A stretch of DNA of 64,000 bases from Parcubacteria group bacterium Gr01-1014_8 (GTDB lineage: Bacteria; Patescibacteriota; Minisyncoccia; Phycocordibacterales; UBA2100), in the NCBI GenBank assembly GCA_007376385.1, contig VMGC01000001.1:343898-407897 (forward strand), in the 5' to 3' direction. Position 1 is the stretch's first letter; each line of letters opens with the position of its first letter. This document shows positions 17,768 to 27,175 of this stretch, piece by piece. A program made the position numbers and the translations under genes. The notes under the pieces are model-generated. The model was not told where the DNA came from and searched no databases. It worked only from the letters and a program-made list of their open reading frames with translations.

Positions 17768-19348
17768 TCAGGCTACTTCGCGTTTTCTGATGATGAGGAA
17801 CACGATCGAGAGGATGGGAAGTATGAGCACATATTCTCCTAGAAGTGAGTACAGGGTTTTCGTGTCTTTGAGCGGCACTGATGCTGCGAGTATAGAAGGA
17901 GCTGAGTCAGAGCGCATCTCCACTTTTCCGCGGTTTGTGACGATGGAAGATGCCAGCCCGTTTCCTGCGATAGCTATGTAGCGATCATTTTCGACCGCAC
18001 GTACCTTTCCTAGGGAAAGTACGAGGTTGTCTACCAGATGCGATCCATGGAACCACGCCTGTCCGGCTGGATTTACGAATACCCGTGCTCCGCCCTGGGC
18101 AAGTTTCTGGTACAGATTTGGCGAGAGAATATCCGAACAGAAAAGCGCTCCGACTTCTGTTCCGTTGATATGTGCAGGGAACAGTTTTGTTCCTGAAGCA
18201 ACGGAACGTTCCCTCATTGTGCTCTGCTCTGCATCAGACACACCAATAAGGCGGAGCAGCATGGCAAAGAGCCAGGGCGTATATTCTCCCTGTGGCACCA
18301 AGAATATCTTCCGGTATGTTTCAGGCATCAAGGTGCCGTTTTCGTACATACGCATCTGGACGTATCTTTCAGAACCCGTTCTCACCGGACCTGAGTCAAT
18401 GAATGTAACGGCGTGATCGGGAAAAACTAACTTCGCGAATTCAGTCGGGTCTTCGTTACTATGAACGAAAAAATCTGTCGCTTCCGGAAAGACAATGATA
18501 TCCGGCGGCTCATTTTCTTTTGCCCATATTCGTATGTATTCTGCGACTTCGCGTGCATGTTTTCGCTTGACCTCTAACGAATACAGCGAGGTGACAGGCA
18601 TGCTTGTTGAAACGAGTGCGACACGCACCGATCCAGATTCATTTTGAAAAGTCCAACTCGGAAGAGAATAGGCTCTATCAAGAGCCGCAAGAGTCAACGC
18701 TCCGGAGAGGATAAGTGCGAACACGAGCCCTCGTTTTCTCGCGTTTTCATACTGAAAAATTACGTGATACAGAGAAAAGCCGAGAAAGACCGCAAGAAAG
18801 GTCAGTATGTATATGCCGCCAATGGAAGCGGATCGAAGAAAAGGAGAAAAATTAGTAAGAGAATATCCGAGCATCGTAGGTGAGAAGTGCGGGCCGGAAA
18901 ATGAAAGGTCGCGTGCTGTGAGTATGGCAAATCCCCACATTTGCGCGTATTGCAATACTGTCCAAAGAGAAGCGGCAAGCAGTGCGGCATAGAAACCTGA
19001 GCGCTTGGATCGGACAAAGCCAGCCGCAAAGAGTGAGAAAAAGACGGCGAGGACGAGAGTGACCATGAGCCATGAGAACCCTACGAATATGATCCCTTTC
19101 CACGGAGGAGAACCAGTCCAGTCGAGTGGCAACACGTCCCAGAACCATGCTATGGCAGTACCGCTGTAGGCAAAGCCAAAGAGAAGTCCAAGTATTGACG
19201 CATCTCGGTATTGTTTCTCTTGCAGGCGGTGCAATACGTGAGCGAAGGGAATGAGTCCGAATACGGATACCAGCCATATGGACGGGAACAGTATTCCCGA
19301 TGCAGCGATAACGCCTGAGAATATTGCAAGCAAACCAAAGACTACCAT
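17768..19348 (-). CDS. lnt: Apolipoprotein N-acyltransferase-like protein (N-terminal polytopic membrane domain plus C-terminal CN-hydrolase/nitrilase domain)
   Basis: Multiple N-terminal TM helices. CN-hydrolase signature with Glu in 'IIVFPEATDF' and Cys in 'GALFCSDILSP'. About 526 aa, typical of Lnt. Confidence 0.6.
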   Translation of the reverse strand: MVVFGLLAIFSGVIAASGILFPSIWLVSVFGLIPFAHVLHRLQEKQYRDASILGLLFGFAYSGTAIAWFWDVLPLDWTGSPPWKGIIFVGFSWLMVTLVLAVFFSLFAAGFVRSKRSGFYAALLAASLWTVLQYAQMWGFAILTARDLSFSGPHFSPTMLGYSLTNFSPFLRSASIGGIYILTFLAVFLGFSLYHVIFQYENARKRGLVFALILSGALTLAALDRAYSLPSWTFQNESGSVRVALVSTSMPVTSLYSLEVKRKHAREVAEYIRIWAKENEPPDIIVFPEATDFFVHSNEDPTEFAKLVFPDHAVTFIDSGPVRTGSERYVQMRMYENGTLMPETYRKIFLVPQGEYTPWLFAMLLRLIGVSDAEQSTMRERSVASGTKLFPAHINGTEVGALFCSDILSPNLYQKLAQGGARVFVNPAGQAWFHGSHLVDNLVLSLGKVRAVENDRYIAIAGNGLASSIVTNRGKVEMRSDSAPSILAASVPLKDTKTLYSLLGEYVLILPILSIVFLIIRKREVA

Positions 19349-20217
19349 CGTAAAGATCCGCGATAATCAGCGAGTCGGATGGAAAAGACGATATGCAGGA
19401 TCGCCCAGATATAAAAGAAGAGCGGAGGGAATACATACGCGAGTACGATAGAACCCCACGCGGTATATGCAAATAGCGCATACAGAGCAAAAACAATGGC
19501 ATGGATCGCAAGCATATCCTTCACATATGCACTTTGACGGTCAGGCTTGCTTCCGAATCGAAAATAAAAGTGCACGTACCAGCATACGTAATGCAGCAGA
19601 ATGACCGAGCCGGTGAGTTTTGTCGATGAAACTTGAATGTCAAAAAACCACAACGCAAATAGTCCTGCGGTGATAAGCAAAAGATACGCACTCAGTGCAT
19701 CAGGACGGTATGTTCCGATCGCAATGCTCGCGACATAGGGAACTAGCAACACGATCGCGAGCATGACAAGAGACGAAGAGAATGTGGCTCCCAACATATA
19801 TCTTGAGATAAGAGCTGTGAAAAGAAGCACTGGCGGCAACTGTTCAAGAGCGCGAGAGAGAGAACGTTCCTTCCCGAAGAGCGTCACTTCATCCTGAAAA
19901 TGATGTATGAAAAACACTACAGAAGCGACGAGAGCAAACCATGCTACTTGATCCGTTAGAATGGCAAGTGTGAACAGTGCAGTTGTAAGAGTAACGAATG
20001 CAGCGACCCACGTCATCGTCATCTTACCGGCTTTCCATTGGTAGTAGTATGCCCCGAGAAAATGACCTTGGCCGAAGATACTGAATGCGAGTCCGACCTG
20101 CAGGGGAGAAAGGTAGTAAACCGCAAGCGCGACAATGGCGAGGCCAAGCGATTTTTGTATGACCAATTCACGTGTCATAGTAGAAGTATGGTAGCACATA
20201 CTGGCATATGAAATCAC
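19342..20217 (-). CDS. Polytopic integral membrane protein (8-9 predicted TM helices), function unknown
   Basis: Highly hydrophobic helices throughout. Overlaps lnt-like by 7 nt. The true start may be an internal Met (e.g. at 20178). Confidence 0.45.
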   Translation of the reverse strand: MISYASMCYHTSTMTRELVIQKSLGLAIVALAVYYLSPLQVGLAFSIFGQGHFLGAYYYQWKAGKMTMTWVAAFVTLTTALFTLAILTDQVAWFALVASVVFFIHHFQDEVTLFGKERSLSRALEQLPPVLLFTALISRYMLGATFSSSLVMLAIVLLVPYVASIAIGTYRPDALSAYLLLITAGLFALWFFDIQVSSTKLTGSVILLHYVCWYVHFYFRFGSKPDRQSAYVKDMLAIHAIVFALYALFAYTAWGSIVLAYVFPPLFFYIWAILHIVFSIRLADYRGSLRW

Positions 20218-21407
20218 ATCTTATTTTGATCGTGGGAGGCATAGGGCTATTTTTGCTTGGTATTTTTTTCATAGTCTCTATGCCAGTAGGTGCAATCGTC
20301 GTCGAAGACGTCGTTGAAGATCTAGGGGAATGTCTCCACGAGAATCAGGCAGAATTAGAGAGTTTTCCATGCGTGAGGGAGAAAATACAGTCGCTTCTTC
20401 TCGAATTGCCTGCGCATGAGATCATGCGTGCGGTTGAAGCGTCGTTTCCATATCAGTGTCATGCTGTTGGTCATATTCTCGGGCAAGAAACGTACAAGAT
20501 GCTCGGCTCAGTGGAAAGCGCCTTCGGAGCATGCTCTCCTGCCTCGTGCGTTCACGCGTGCACACACGGAGTTGTCGGGGAAGTCTTTCTCTCTACACCC
20601 GGGATAGGAGGATTGCCAGAAGAATGGAGGCATCCGAACATCGACTTGATACGCTCGGAAGGCTCTTTGCTTTGCAGGGATAGAACGACATGTCATGCGG
20701 TCGGTCATGTACTTTTTTTACTTTTTTTTGAGGACCTCTCAGGTGCGCTTTCTATGTGTGATGAAATCGCAGGAGATGAGGCATTTACATGTCACAGCGG
20801 CATATTTATGGAGAATGGTGGCGGGACATTTGCGCGCACGATCCCTGGCTTAGATGTTGAGCGGGAAGAGTATCGTGACCCCACTGATCTTCTTTCTCCC
20901 TGCAATACGGTCGCTGACCGCTACAAAAAGGCATGCTTTAGATTCTTGTATATAAATCAATATGACTATTTTAAGGATCACGGCATTACTGATCCGCATA
21001 CGATCTTCAACACGCAGACGGATGCCTGCGGTATTGTCACGGATCGTTTGCAGCGCAGAGCATGTTTCAGAAGCGTGGGCTGGTCTCTCCAGGGGATGCG
21101 CCGACCGCTTCTTTCCGCGCACGTGCTCTGCAACTCGCTGACTGTCATAGAGGATCGCAGTGCATGTCTTTTTGGCGTGAGCGATTCATTCACGGATCAG
21201 GGTATGAGCATCTCGGAAACCGGAGGGGCGTGCAGAGCAGTAAACAATGAGCAAGGCAAACGCGCATGTTATGGAGGAATTTTCATGGCACTTTCAGACA
21301 GAGAACCTGGTCTTCTCCCAAGCGTGTGCGATGGCGCTTCTGACAGCGCATGTCAAATGTCGTTGCAGGAATTTTTAGCGAATCCAGACAGTCGTGATTC
21401 TATTTAG
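20208..21407 (+). CDS. Membrane-anchored Cys/His-rich repeat protein, family member 5 (CHAVGHILG, CTHGVVGEV, CHAVGHVLF, CHSGIFMEN)
   Basis: N-terminal TM 'LILIVGGIGLFLLGIFFIVSMPV'. Family motifs. Confidence 0.65.
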   Translation: MKSHLILIVGGIGLFLLGIFFIVSMPVGAIVVEDVVEDLGECLHENQAELESFPCVREKIQSLLLELPAHEIMRAVEASFPYQCHAVGHILGQETYKMLGSVESAFGACSPASCVHACTHGVVGEVFLSTPGIGGLPEEWRHPNIDLIRSEGSLLCRDRTTCHAVGHVLFLLFFEDLSGALSMCDEIAGDEAFTCHSGIFMENGGGTFARTIPGLDVEREEYRDPTDLLSPCNTVADRYKKACFRFLYINQYDYFKDHGITDPHTIFNTQTDACGIVTDRLQRRACFRSVGWSLQGMRRPLLSAHVLCNSLTVIEDRSACLFGVSDSFTDQGMSISETGGACRAVNNEQGKRACYGGIFMALSDREPGLLPSVCDGASDSACQMSLQEFLANPDSRDSI

Positions 21408-21433
21408 ACACTATTTACTCAATTGTTGGCACA

Positions 21434-22549
21434 ATGAGTCACATGATACAGCGTCTCACAGTGGGTGTGCTCGTGGCTGTTCTATCAGCGTTAGGAAGTG
21501 TCTTCTGGTTTCTGTACAACGAACCCCCTCATCATTGTCTGAAAGAAGAAAACGTACGGTGGTGCTTCATACACGAGGCGCAAGCTATTGCCGCAATAGA
21601 GGGAGCACAGAAGGCATATTCATATGTGCACGATGTCATTAAAAAATATAGCGATTATAAGACCGAACACCTGGCACTTCATTATGTTGGTATGAAGGCA
21701 TATGACGAAGCGGGATCAGTAGACAAGGCTTTTACGCTCATCTATGGGGAAGATCAGATGGCTGATGATTCGATATATTACAGCGGTTTTCAACACGGGC
21801 TCTTCGAGCGATATTTTGAGGTGAATGGAGCACAGACACCGACTGTGCTCGGGAATGAGACGTGTCACACATATGCTTCATCGGAGTCCCTCGATGAGTT
21901 CACCAGTACCCGCACGCGAGTGCTCGCAGCGGAATGCTATCACGCGATCGGTCACGCGATAATGTTCATATCTGACAATAATGTTGAGGCATCACTTTCG
22001 GCATGTGACGCGTTCCCTCATCAATGGGAGCAACGGTGGTGTTACCATGGAGTGTTCATGGAGAATTATTATCTACACATTCCCGAATATCATCTCGGCG
22101 TCGCACGGCCGGATGCCGAAGGGCTTTCTGTAGTCGAGCTTTGCATGCGCGTTGGGGAAAAATATCGGGGAGAGTGCAGTTATTTCGTGGGCTGGGTGTA
22201 TATGCAAATGCATCCAAACGACTTTGCCGGAGCATTTTCCGAATGCGCGATGTTTCCGCAGAGTGATGCAAGGATATGTATCGCACGCGTGGGACGTTTT
22301 TTTGTAGCCGCATCGTCCGCAGGCGATCTCTCGGGCATGATCGCAACGTGTGAGAAGGCGCACCCATTCCTGCGTGAATGTTTGTACGGAACAGCCATCG
22401 GATTGAACCAGGGAGTGGGTTTGTTTGAATATGTCAATAAAGGCAAAGGGCTATGTGATGTTCTTGAGGACGATATGCACGCGGATTGTGAAAACGCCCT
22501 GACACGGTCTCATGAAAGTCTTGCGCGGAAAGTAATAACCGAACTCTGA
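21434..22549 (+). CDS. Membrane-anchored Cys/His-rich repeat protein, family member 6 (CYHAIGHAIMF, CYHGVFMENY)
   Basis: N-terminal TM 'LTVGVLVAVLSALGSVFWFLY'. Family motifs. Confidence 0.65.
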   Translation: MSHMIQRLTVGVLVAVLSALGSVFWFLYNEPPHHCLKEENVRWCFIHEAQAIAAIEGAQKAYSYVHDVIKKYSDYKTEHLALHYVGMKAYDEAGSVDKAFTLIYGEDQMADDSIYYSGFQHGLFERYFEVNGAQTPTVLGNETCHTYASSESLDEFTSTRTRVLAAECYHAIGHAIMFISDNNVEASLSACDAFPHQWEQRWCYHGVFMENYYLHIPEYHLGVARPDAEGLSVVELCMRVGEKYRGECSYFVGWVYMQMHPNDFAGAFSECAMFPQSDARICIARVGRFFVAASSAGDLSGMIATCEKAHPFLRECLYGTAIGLNQGVGLFEYVNKGKGLCDVLEDDMHADCENALTRSHESLARKVITEL

Positions 22550-22563
22550 CTGGAGGGTCCCTT

Positions 22564-23004
22564 TTAGGGTCGTGGGAACGGCTCACCGATAAGGAGGTAG
22601 GAGAGCACCAATTGTCCTTGTGGGTTGATATATACAGAACCGTATCCATGTGTACCCGGGACGACGTCGTCAATCGTAGCCGGGGTTGTCGAACTAGTGC
22701 CAACGACCGCGCCGTTCTCGATTATCACATCCCTGCGTTCTACGAAGAAGTCAGGGGCGAGGGAATACAAAGTCGGGACATCCAGGTTAACGCTGGGTAT
22801 CCGCGTAATCCCTACCAATTTCCGATGCTCGAGGTCTATAGAGTACACGGTGAGAAATTCCGAGAATGCTAAAAAGCCGAAGATCTTCTCTGGCGCTGTC
22901 ATGGCGCTAAGACGTTCGCGATAAACATAGAGTTCTTCGCCGGCGATGATGGTCGCGGATAGGACAAGGGATAGACAGCCGAGAATGATTGGAAGTCTGT
23001 TCAT
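22564..23004 (-). CDS. Small secreted protein, unknown function
   Basis: Signal peptide 'MNRLPIILGCLSLVLSATIIAG'. 146 aa. Confidence 0.45.
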   Translation of the reverse strand: MNRLPIILGCLSLVLSATIIAGEELYVYRERLSAMTAPEKIFGFLAFSEFLTVYSIDLEHRKLVGITRIPSVNLDVPTLYSLAPDFFVERRDVIIENGAVVGTSSTTPATIDDVVPGTHGYGSVYINPQGQLVLSYLLIGEPFPRP

Positions 23005-23420
23005 GATCCTATACGTTTGGTGATGGTTATGTCCGTAGCGCGGAGCGTCCCCATTGTCTGCAGGTCTCTATTCACGCGTACGGTTGCTCCGGGCGGTAAG
23101 GGGATCATTTTTCCTATTATGAATCTCTTCTCTTCCATGATACCCGCTCTGAACACATATTCTACAGATGACCACCTCGTGGCGTCATCGTATACGAATT
23201 CTACTGTAACTCGCGGTTCTGCAATCGAGTAGCTACTCAGAGTTGAAACACGAAGCACGTGATCGGCGAGACGGTGATCAGTTACGATCCCATAATATGT
23301 ACGCTCAGCATGCATTCCGTCTCGTGGTAGTGTAGGCATGAAAACATTAACGCCGAAAGACAATACGTATCCGCAGGCTCCCCCAAGAATTATCGGCAGC
23401 GCGTATCTTAGGGCGATATG
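23001..23420 (-). CDS. Small secreted protein, unknown function (start trimmed to internal Met 'MHIALRYALPIILGGACGYVLSF')
   Basis: The listed ORF 23001..23618 extends 5' through a repeat element. The signal-peptide-like Met at 23420 is a more plausible start. Confidence 0.35.
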   Translation of the reverse strand, partial: HIALRYALPIILGGACGYVLSFGVNVFMPTLPRDGMHAERTYYGIVTDHRLADHVLRVSTLSSYSIAEPRVTVEFVYDDATRWSSVEYVFRAGIMEEKRFIIGKMIPLPPGATVRVNRDLQTMGTLRATDITITKRIGS

Positions 23421-23446
23421 CATCGAGTAATTATAGCTCGTAGTAA

Positions 23447-23600
23447 AGGTTCCTCGGAGCAAGCTCCGAGGTATTATGGAGCTCGCTTCGCTCGCGCAGT
23501 CTCGCAGCAGAGCTGCGAGATATTGAACCTGTGTTTGCTCCTCGGCTCGGAAATGCAAAAGTGCTCTTTTGCGTTTCTCTCGCAACGCTCGCAAATAAAG
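23447..23600. repeat. MITE-like intergenic hairpin repeat, copy A (reverse orientation relative to copy B at 28385). Contains palindromes cctcggagc…gctccgagg and gaaatgc(a)aaag…cttttgcgtttc, plus a ~50-nt palindromic insertion.
   Basis: The reverse complements of 23447-23475 and 23525-23569 match 28420-28448 and 28389-28418 near-exactly. Confidence 0.6.
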
Positions 23601-23674
23601 CGCATGAGGGCGACCCATTTATGCGTATCGTTCTTCGCATCGTATTTGCTTGACATAGGCGTGCAGAATATGAT

Positions 23675-25285
23675 GTGCACAACATGCAACGCATCAGTGC
23701 TTTATTGCTGGTACTTGTACTCGGCTCTTATGCAATGTATTACGCCATTCCGGAGGACGTATCCAACGTATCATGTGATAACTGCAATCTTGTGATCATC
23801 ACGTTGGATAGCGTGAGGTTGGATCACATGGCTTTGTATGGTTATGAACGCTCGACAACCCCGAACATCGACAACTTCGGACAGGGCGCGTTGGTATTCA
23901 CTAATTATTTTTCGACGAGTTATTTGACGCCTGTTAGTGCATTTTCAATGCTCACTGGCAGATATCCTTTCAGCAATGGCGTCGTCAGTTTTTATTCATA
24001 TTTGCGCGACGATGTTACTTCACTTGCGGAGACCCTACAGGCGGAGGGGTATCGTGCTGCGGCGTTCGGTTCTTCTCCAGAGTACGAACTCTTTCCTTCA
24101 CTCAAAGAAAGCGGGATGCGAGGTTTCGATGTGTATAAAACTTTTACGTCTGATGATCCAGATATATTGCCCAGTCGTTCGCAGGTTCCAGTAGAGGAAG
24201 CAATTGCCTGGGCCGAAGATTCTTCGCAGCCGTTTTTTTTATGGATGCCGATCGGCGCTGCGCACTGGCCATATGATCCATTTGAAGAACGAACTTTTAC
24301 CGATGCAGGTTACGACGGGTTTCTGCGGAATTTACCTTCCGGTTTTAAGACCTATAGTCAGATATATAAGGGGACATATTATCCGATACGTGAGGGGACA
24401 ATGCCGAATGTCCGCCAGTCTCTGCATCTGCCGGAATATTCTTCCCGACATACCGAAGAGGTCGATCTGCTCCTTGAGTGGGGACCATCTGCAACTACCT
24501 CATTGAATGCGGAGGACCTTGAATACGTTCGAGGTCGCTACGACGACGGACTGCTATTCATGGATCGCATCGTCGGCGACATAATTGCAACTCTCGAAGA
24601 AAAACATTTGGATCGGGATACCATCATAATTATTGAATCGGTGCATGGTGAAGAATTGGGCGAGCGCGGTGTCATTGGGCACTATGATATTGATGAAGCA
24701 ACGATACGAAGTCCGTTGATGATCAAGGTGCCTGGAGCGCGTTCGCGCCGCATCGACGCTCTTATCTCTGGAGTCGACATCTATCCGACCGCGCTAAGTA
24801 TGTTGGGAATCGATATGGCTATGCGCGATGGGATAGACTTTGTACCATTTCTTTCCGGAGTGACCTCAACAGAACCTCGGCAAGAAGTATTCCTTACGCG
24901 CACGCCACTTTTCGAGACGCTCTATACGGTCGAAGGGGATAGCATGACATCTGCTCGTTACGAGCGATTGCGCTCTGAGGATGCGCGCATGCATTATCAC
25001 GATAGCGCGATCCGTACGAACGAATGGAAGCTCATTCATCGCACTAGCAGAGTGGCGTTGTCACGTTATTCATGGTGGCAGTATCTCACTGGGAATATTG
25101 AAAATATCCCAGAATACGAGCTGTATTTTCTTCTTGACGATCCTCTTGAGACAACGAATCTGTATAACGAGCGTCCTGACATTGCGACGCCATTGCAGGA
25201 GCGCTTGAGCGCGTGGGAGAATACGCAGGCGAGTGATCGCAATCTATTAAAAATGCAAGATACGATACGGCAGGAATACTTTTAA
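23675..25285 (+). CDS. Sulfatase-fold (alkaline phosphatase superfamily, PF00884-like) membrane-anchored enzyme with Thr at the nucleophile position
   Basis: N-terminal TM. 'CNLVIITLDSVRLDH' metal-binding N-terminal motif. 'LTPVSAFSMLTGRYP' aligns to the sulfatase C(T/S)PSRAALLTGRYP signature with Thr replacing Cys/Ser. 'ESVHGEELGERGVIGHYD' C-terminal motif. Confidence 0.65.
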   Translation: MHNMQRISALLLVLVLGSYAMYYAIPEDVSNVSCDNCNLVIITLDSVRLDHMALYGYERSTTPNIDNFGQGALVFTNYFSTSYLTPVSAFSMLTGRYPFSNGVVSFYSYLRDDVTSLAETLQAEGYRAAAFGSSPEYELFPSLKESGMRGFDVYKTFTSDDPDILPSRSQVPVEEAIAWAEDSSQPFFLWMPIGAAHWPYDPFEERTFTDAGYDGFLRNLPSGFKTYSQIYKGTYYPIREGTMPNVRQSLHLPEYSSRHTEEVDLLLEWGPSATTSLNAEDLEYVRGRYDDGLLFMDRIVGDIIATLEEKHLDRDTIIIIESVHGEELGERGVIGHYDIDEATIRSPLMIKVPGARSRRIDALISGVDIYPTALSMLGIDMAMRDGIDFVPFLSGVTSTEPRQEVFLTRTPLFETLYTVEGDSMTSARYERLRSEDARMHYHDSAIRTNEWKLIHRTSRVALSRYSWWQYLTGNIENIPEYELYFLLDDPLETTNLYNERPDIATPLQERLSAWENTQASDRNLLKMQDTIRQEYF

Positions 25286-25293
25286 ATGATCTT

Positions 25294-26715
25294 ATGATGT
25301 TGCTCTTTCCATCTAAAAAACATGCATTTGTTGTGGTGGGGTGTATCGTGATGCTCGCGGTCGCGACATTTTTCATACTTCGAGGAGGAGACGATCTCTC
25401 GTGCAGAGAGTGTAATGTAATTATCATTGGCGTCGACACACTCCGGGCGGACGCGTTGCATAGTCTTGGATATGAGCGTGAGACCACTCCGACCCTTGAT
25501 GCGCTCGCCAATAAAGGTGTCATTTTCTCACAGGCAATCTCTGCATCGAGCTGGACGGTGCCATCATTCATGTCGATCTTTACGGGTATGTATCCCTCGG
25601 CGCACAAGGTGACAAATAAATTCGTAAAATTTTCAAAAGACGCGAAGATACTCACAAATCTTAAAGATATTGATCCTGAGATCGAAACGTTCGCGATGAT
25701 CATGAAGAACGCAGGCTACGCAACCGGAGGCTTTACGGGGGATGCAGGAGTCTCAGCACAGTTCGGATACGGACAGGGGTATGATATATATACCGACGAA
25801 AAAACCTTCGGCGGATTTGAGAATAGCGAGCAACATGCCTTGAAATGGCTGGATACTCTGGACTCCAAACAAAAGTTCTTTATGTTCTTCCATGGTTATG
25901 ATCTGCATGGGCAACATGATCTAGATGACGATTCGTCCAGGGAATTTGTTCCTGAATATTCAGGGACGTACAAAGGCACGAAAGAAGAAGAGGCAATTAT
26001 CCGTGAACAGCAACTGGAATGGGGAGGATTGTCACTCACGCCGGGGGACGTAGCATTCTGGCGGGGCATATATGACAGCAAGATCAAAGACGCAGATACG
26101 CGGCTTGCCAGTTTTATCGCGGAACTCGAAAAGAGGGGTCTTCTCAAAAATACGGTCATAGTTTTAGTGTCTGACCACGGAGAAGAGTTTTATGAACATA
26201 AAGGCATTGATCACGGACACTCTTTATATGATGAACAGGTTCATGTGCCTTTGATACTCATCGTTCCGGGTATGACCGGCGGAAGAAGGGTCGATGCGCA
26301 AGTAAGTACAATGGATATCGCTCCTTCAATTCTCGATATCCTCAACATCGCACCGAGCGCAGCTTTCGAAGAACAAACCGCTTTGAGACGCAGTCTTGTG
26401 CCGTATATTCTTGGATTGGAATTTCGCGGGTACGATATTTTTACCGAGACGGATTATCGCAACTCACGGCATCTTCGTTCAGTGCGTACCGCAGACGGGT
26501 GGAAGTACATACTCGATCTCGAAAGTAAACACGAAGAGCTTTATGACCTTCGCAATGATCCAGGTGAGTTAAAGGATTTAGCATCGAGCGAGGTAAAAAA
26601 GCGTGACGAGACTAGAAGAAGACTTCTCACTCACATGCGGGATGAACTTCATCAGACTTTGGATCAAGAAATACGCACTGATTGTCTCCCGGTATATGTT
26701 GGAGAGTGCGAGTAG
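25294..26715 (+). CDS. Sulfatase-fold (alkaline phosphatase superfamily) membrane-anchored enzyme, paralog with Thr at the nucleophile position
   Basis: N-terminal TM. 'CNVIIIGVDTLRAD'. 'SSWTVPSFMSIFTGMYP'. 'SDHGEEFYEHKGIDHGHSLYDEQVHVPLILIVPG'. Confidence 0.65.
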   Translation: MMLLFPSKKHAFVVVGCIVMLAVATFFILRGGDDLSCRECNVIIIGVDTLRADALHSLGYERETTPTLDALANKGVIFSQAISASSWTVPSFMSIFTGMYPSAHKVTNKFVKFSKDAKILTNLKDIDPEIETFAMIMKNAGYATGGFTGDAGVSAQFGYGQGYDIYTDEKTFGGFENSEQHALKWLDTLDSKQKFFMFFHGYDLHGQHDLDDDSSREFVPEYSGTYKGTKEEEAIIREQQLEWGGLSLTPGDVAFWRGIYDSKIKDADTRLASFIAELEKRGLLKNTVIVLVSDHGEEFYEHKGIDHGHSLYDEQVHVPLILIVPGMTGGRRVDAQVSTMDIAPSILDILNIAPSAAFEEQTALRRSLVPYILGLEFRGYDIFTETDYRNSRHLRSVRTADGWKYILDLESKHEELYDLRNDPGELKDLASSEVKKRDETRRRLLTHMRDELHQTLDQEIRTDCLPVYVGECE

Positions 26716-26768
26716 TACTATCGATAGGGAAAATATATCTATTATCTGACAGATGATACTATGCGTTC

Positions 26769-27161
26769 ATGCGAGGGACGCAGGTTTTCGATAATATGTC
26801 GCTGACATATATTCTTGTTTCCGTACTCCTCTTTGTATTGGTAGTAACTTCTGTTCTGTATCTAAAGAAAGGGGATGTCCAGGATGTAAGGAAGCAAATT
26901 ATTCTTGAGCAACAAGGATTTCAGCCGAGTGAGCTCACTGTCAAAAAAGGAAGCACGGTAACATTCACTACGACCGCCGCGCGACAGTTCTGGCCGGCTT
27001 CAAATTTGCATCCAAGTCATGACATCTATCCTGATTTTGACGCGAAGCGGCCTCTTGAGAGCGATGAAGTATGGAGCTTCACTTTCAATACAGCAGGCGA
27101 TTGGCCATTTCATGATCACATCCGATCATACTATGTTGGTGTCGTACACGTAATCGAGTAA
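26769..27161 (+). CDS. Small membrane-anchored cupredoxin-like domain protein with a conserved His cluster (HPSH…FHDH)
   Basis: N-terminal TM. 'GFQPSELTVKKGSTVTFTTT…WPASNLHPSHDIYP…WPFHDHIRSYYVGVVHV'. Homologous to the N-terminal domains of ORFs 16231..17739 and 28447..29997. Confidence 0.55.
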   Translation: MRGTQVFDNMSLTYILVSVLLFVLVVTSVLYLKKGDVQDVRKQIILEQQGFQPSELTVKKGSTVTFTTTAARQFWPASNLHPSHDIYPDFDAKRPLESDEVWSFTFNTAGDWPFHDHIRSYYVGVVHVIE

Positions 27162-27175
27162 AGTGGAAGCTGTAT

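Noticed and set aside
23001-23618. Full-length 205-aa ORF on the minus strand
   Set aside because: Its N-terminal 66 codons read through the MITE-like repeat and share an artefactual 'FRAEEQTQVQY' peptide with an ORF over the other repeat copy. I trimmed it to the signal-peptide Met at 23420.
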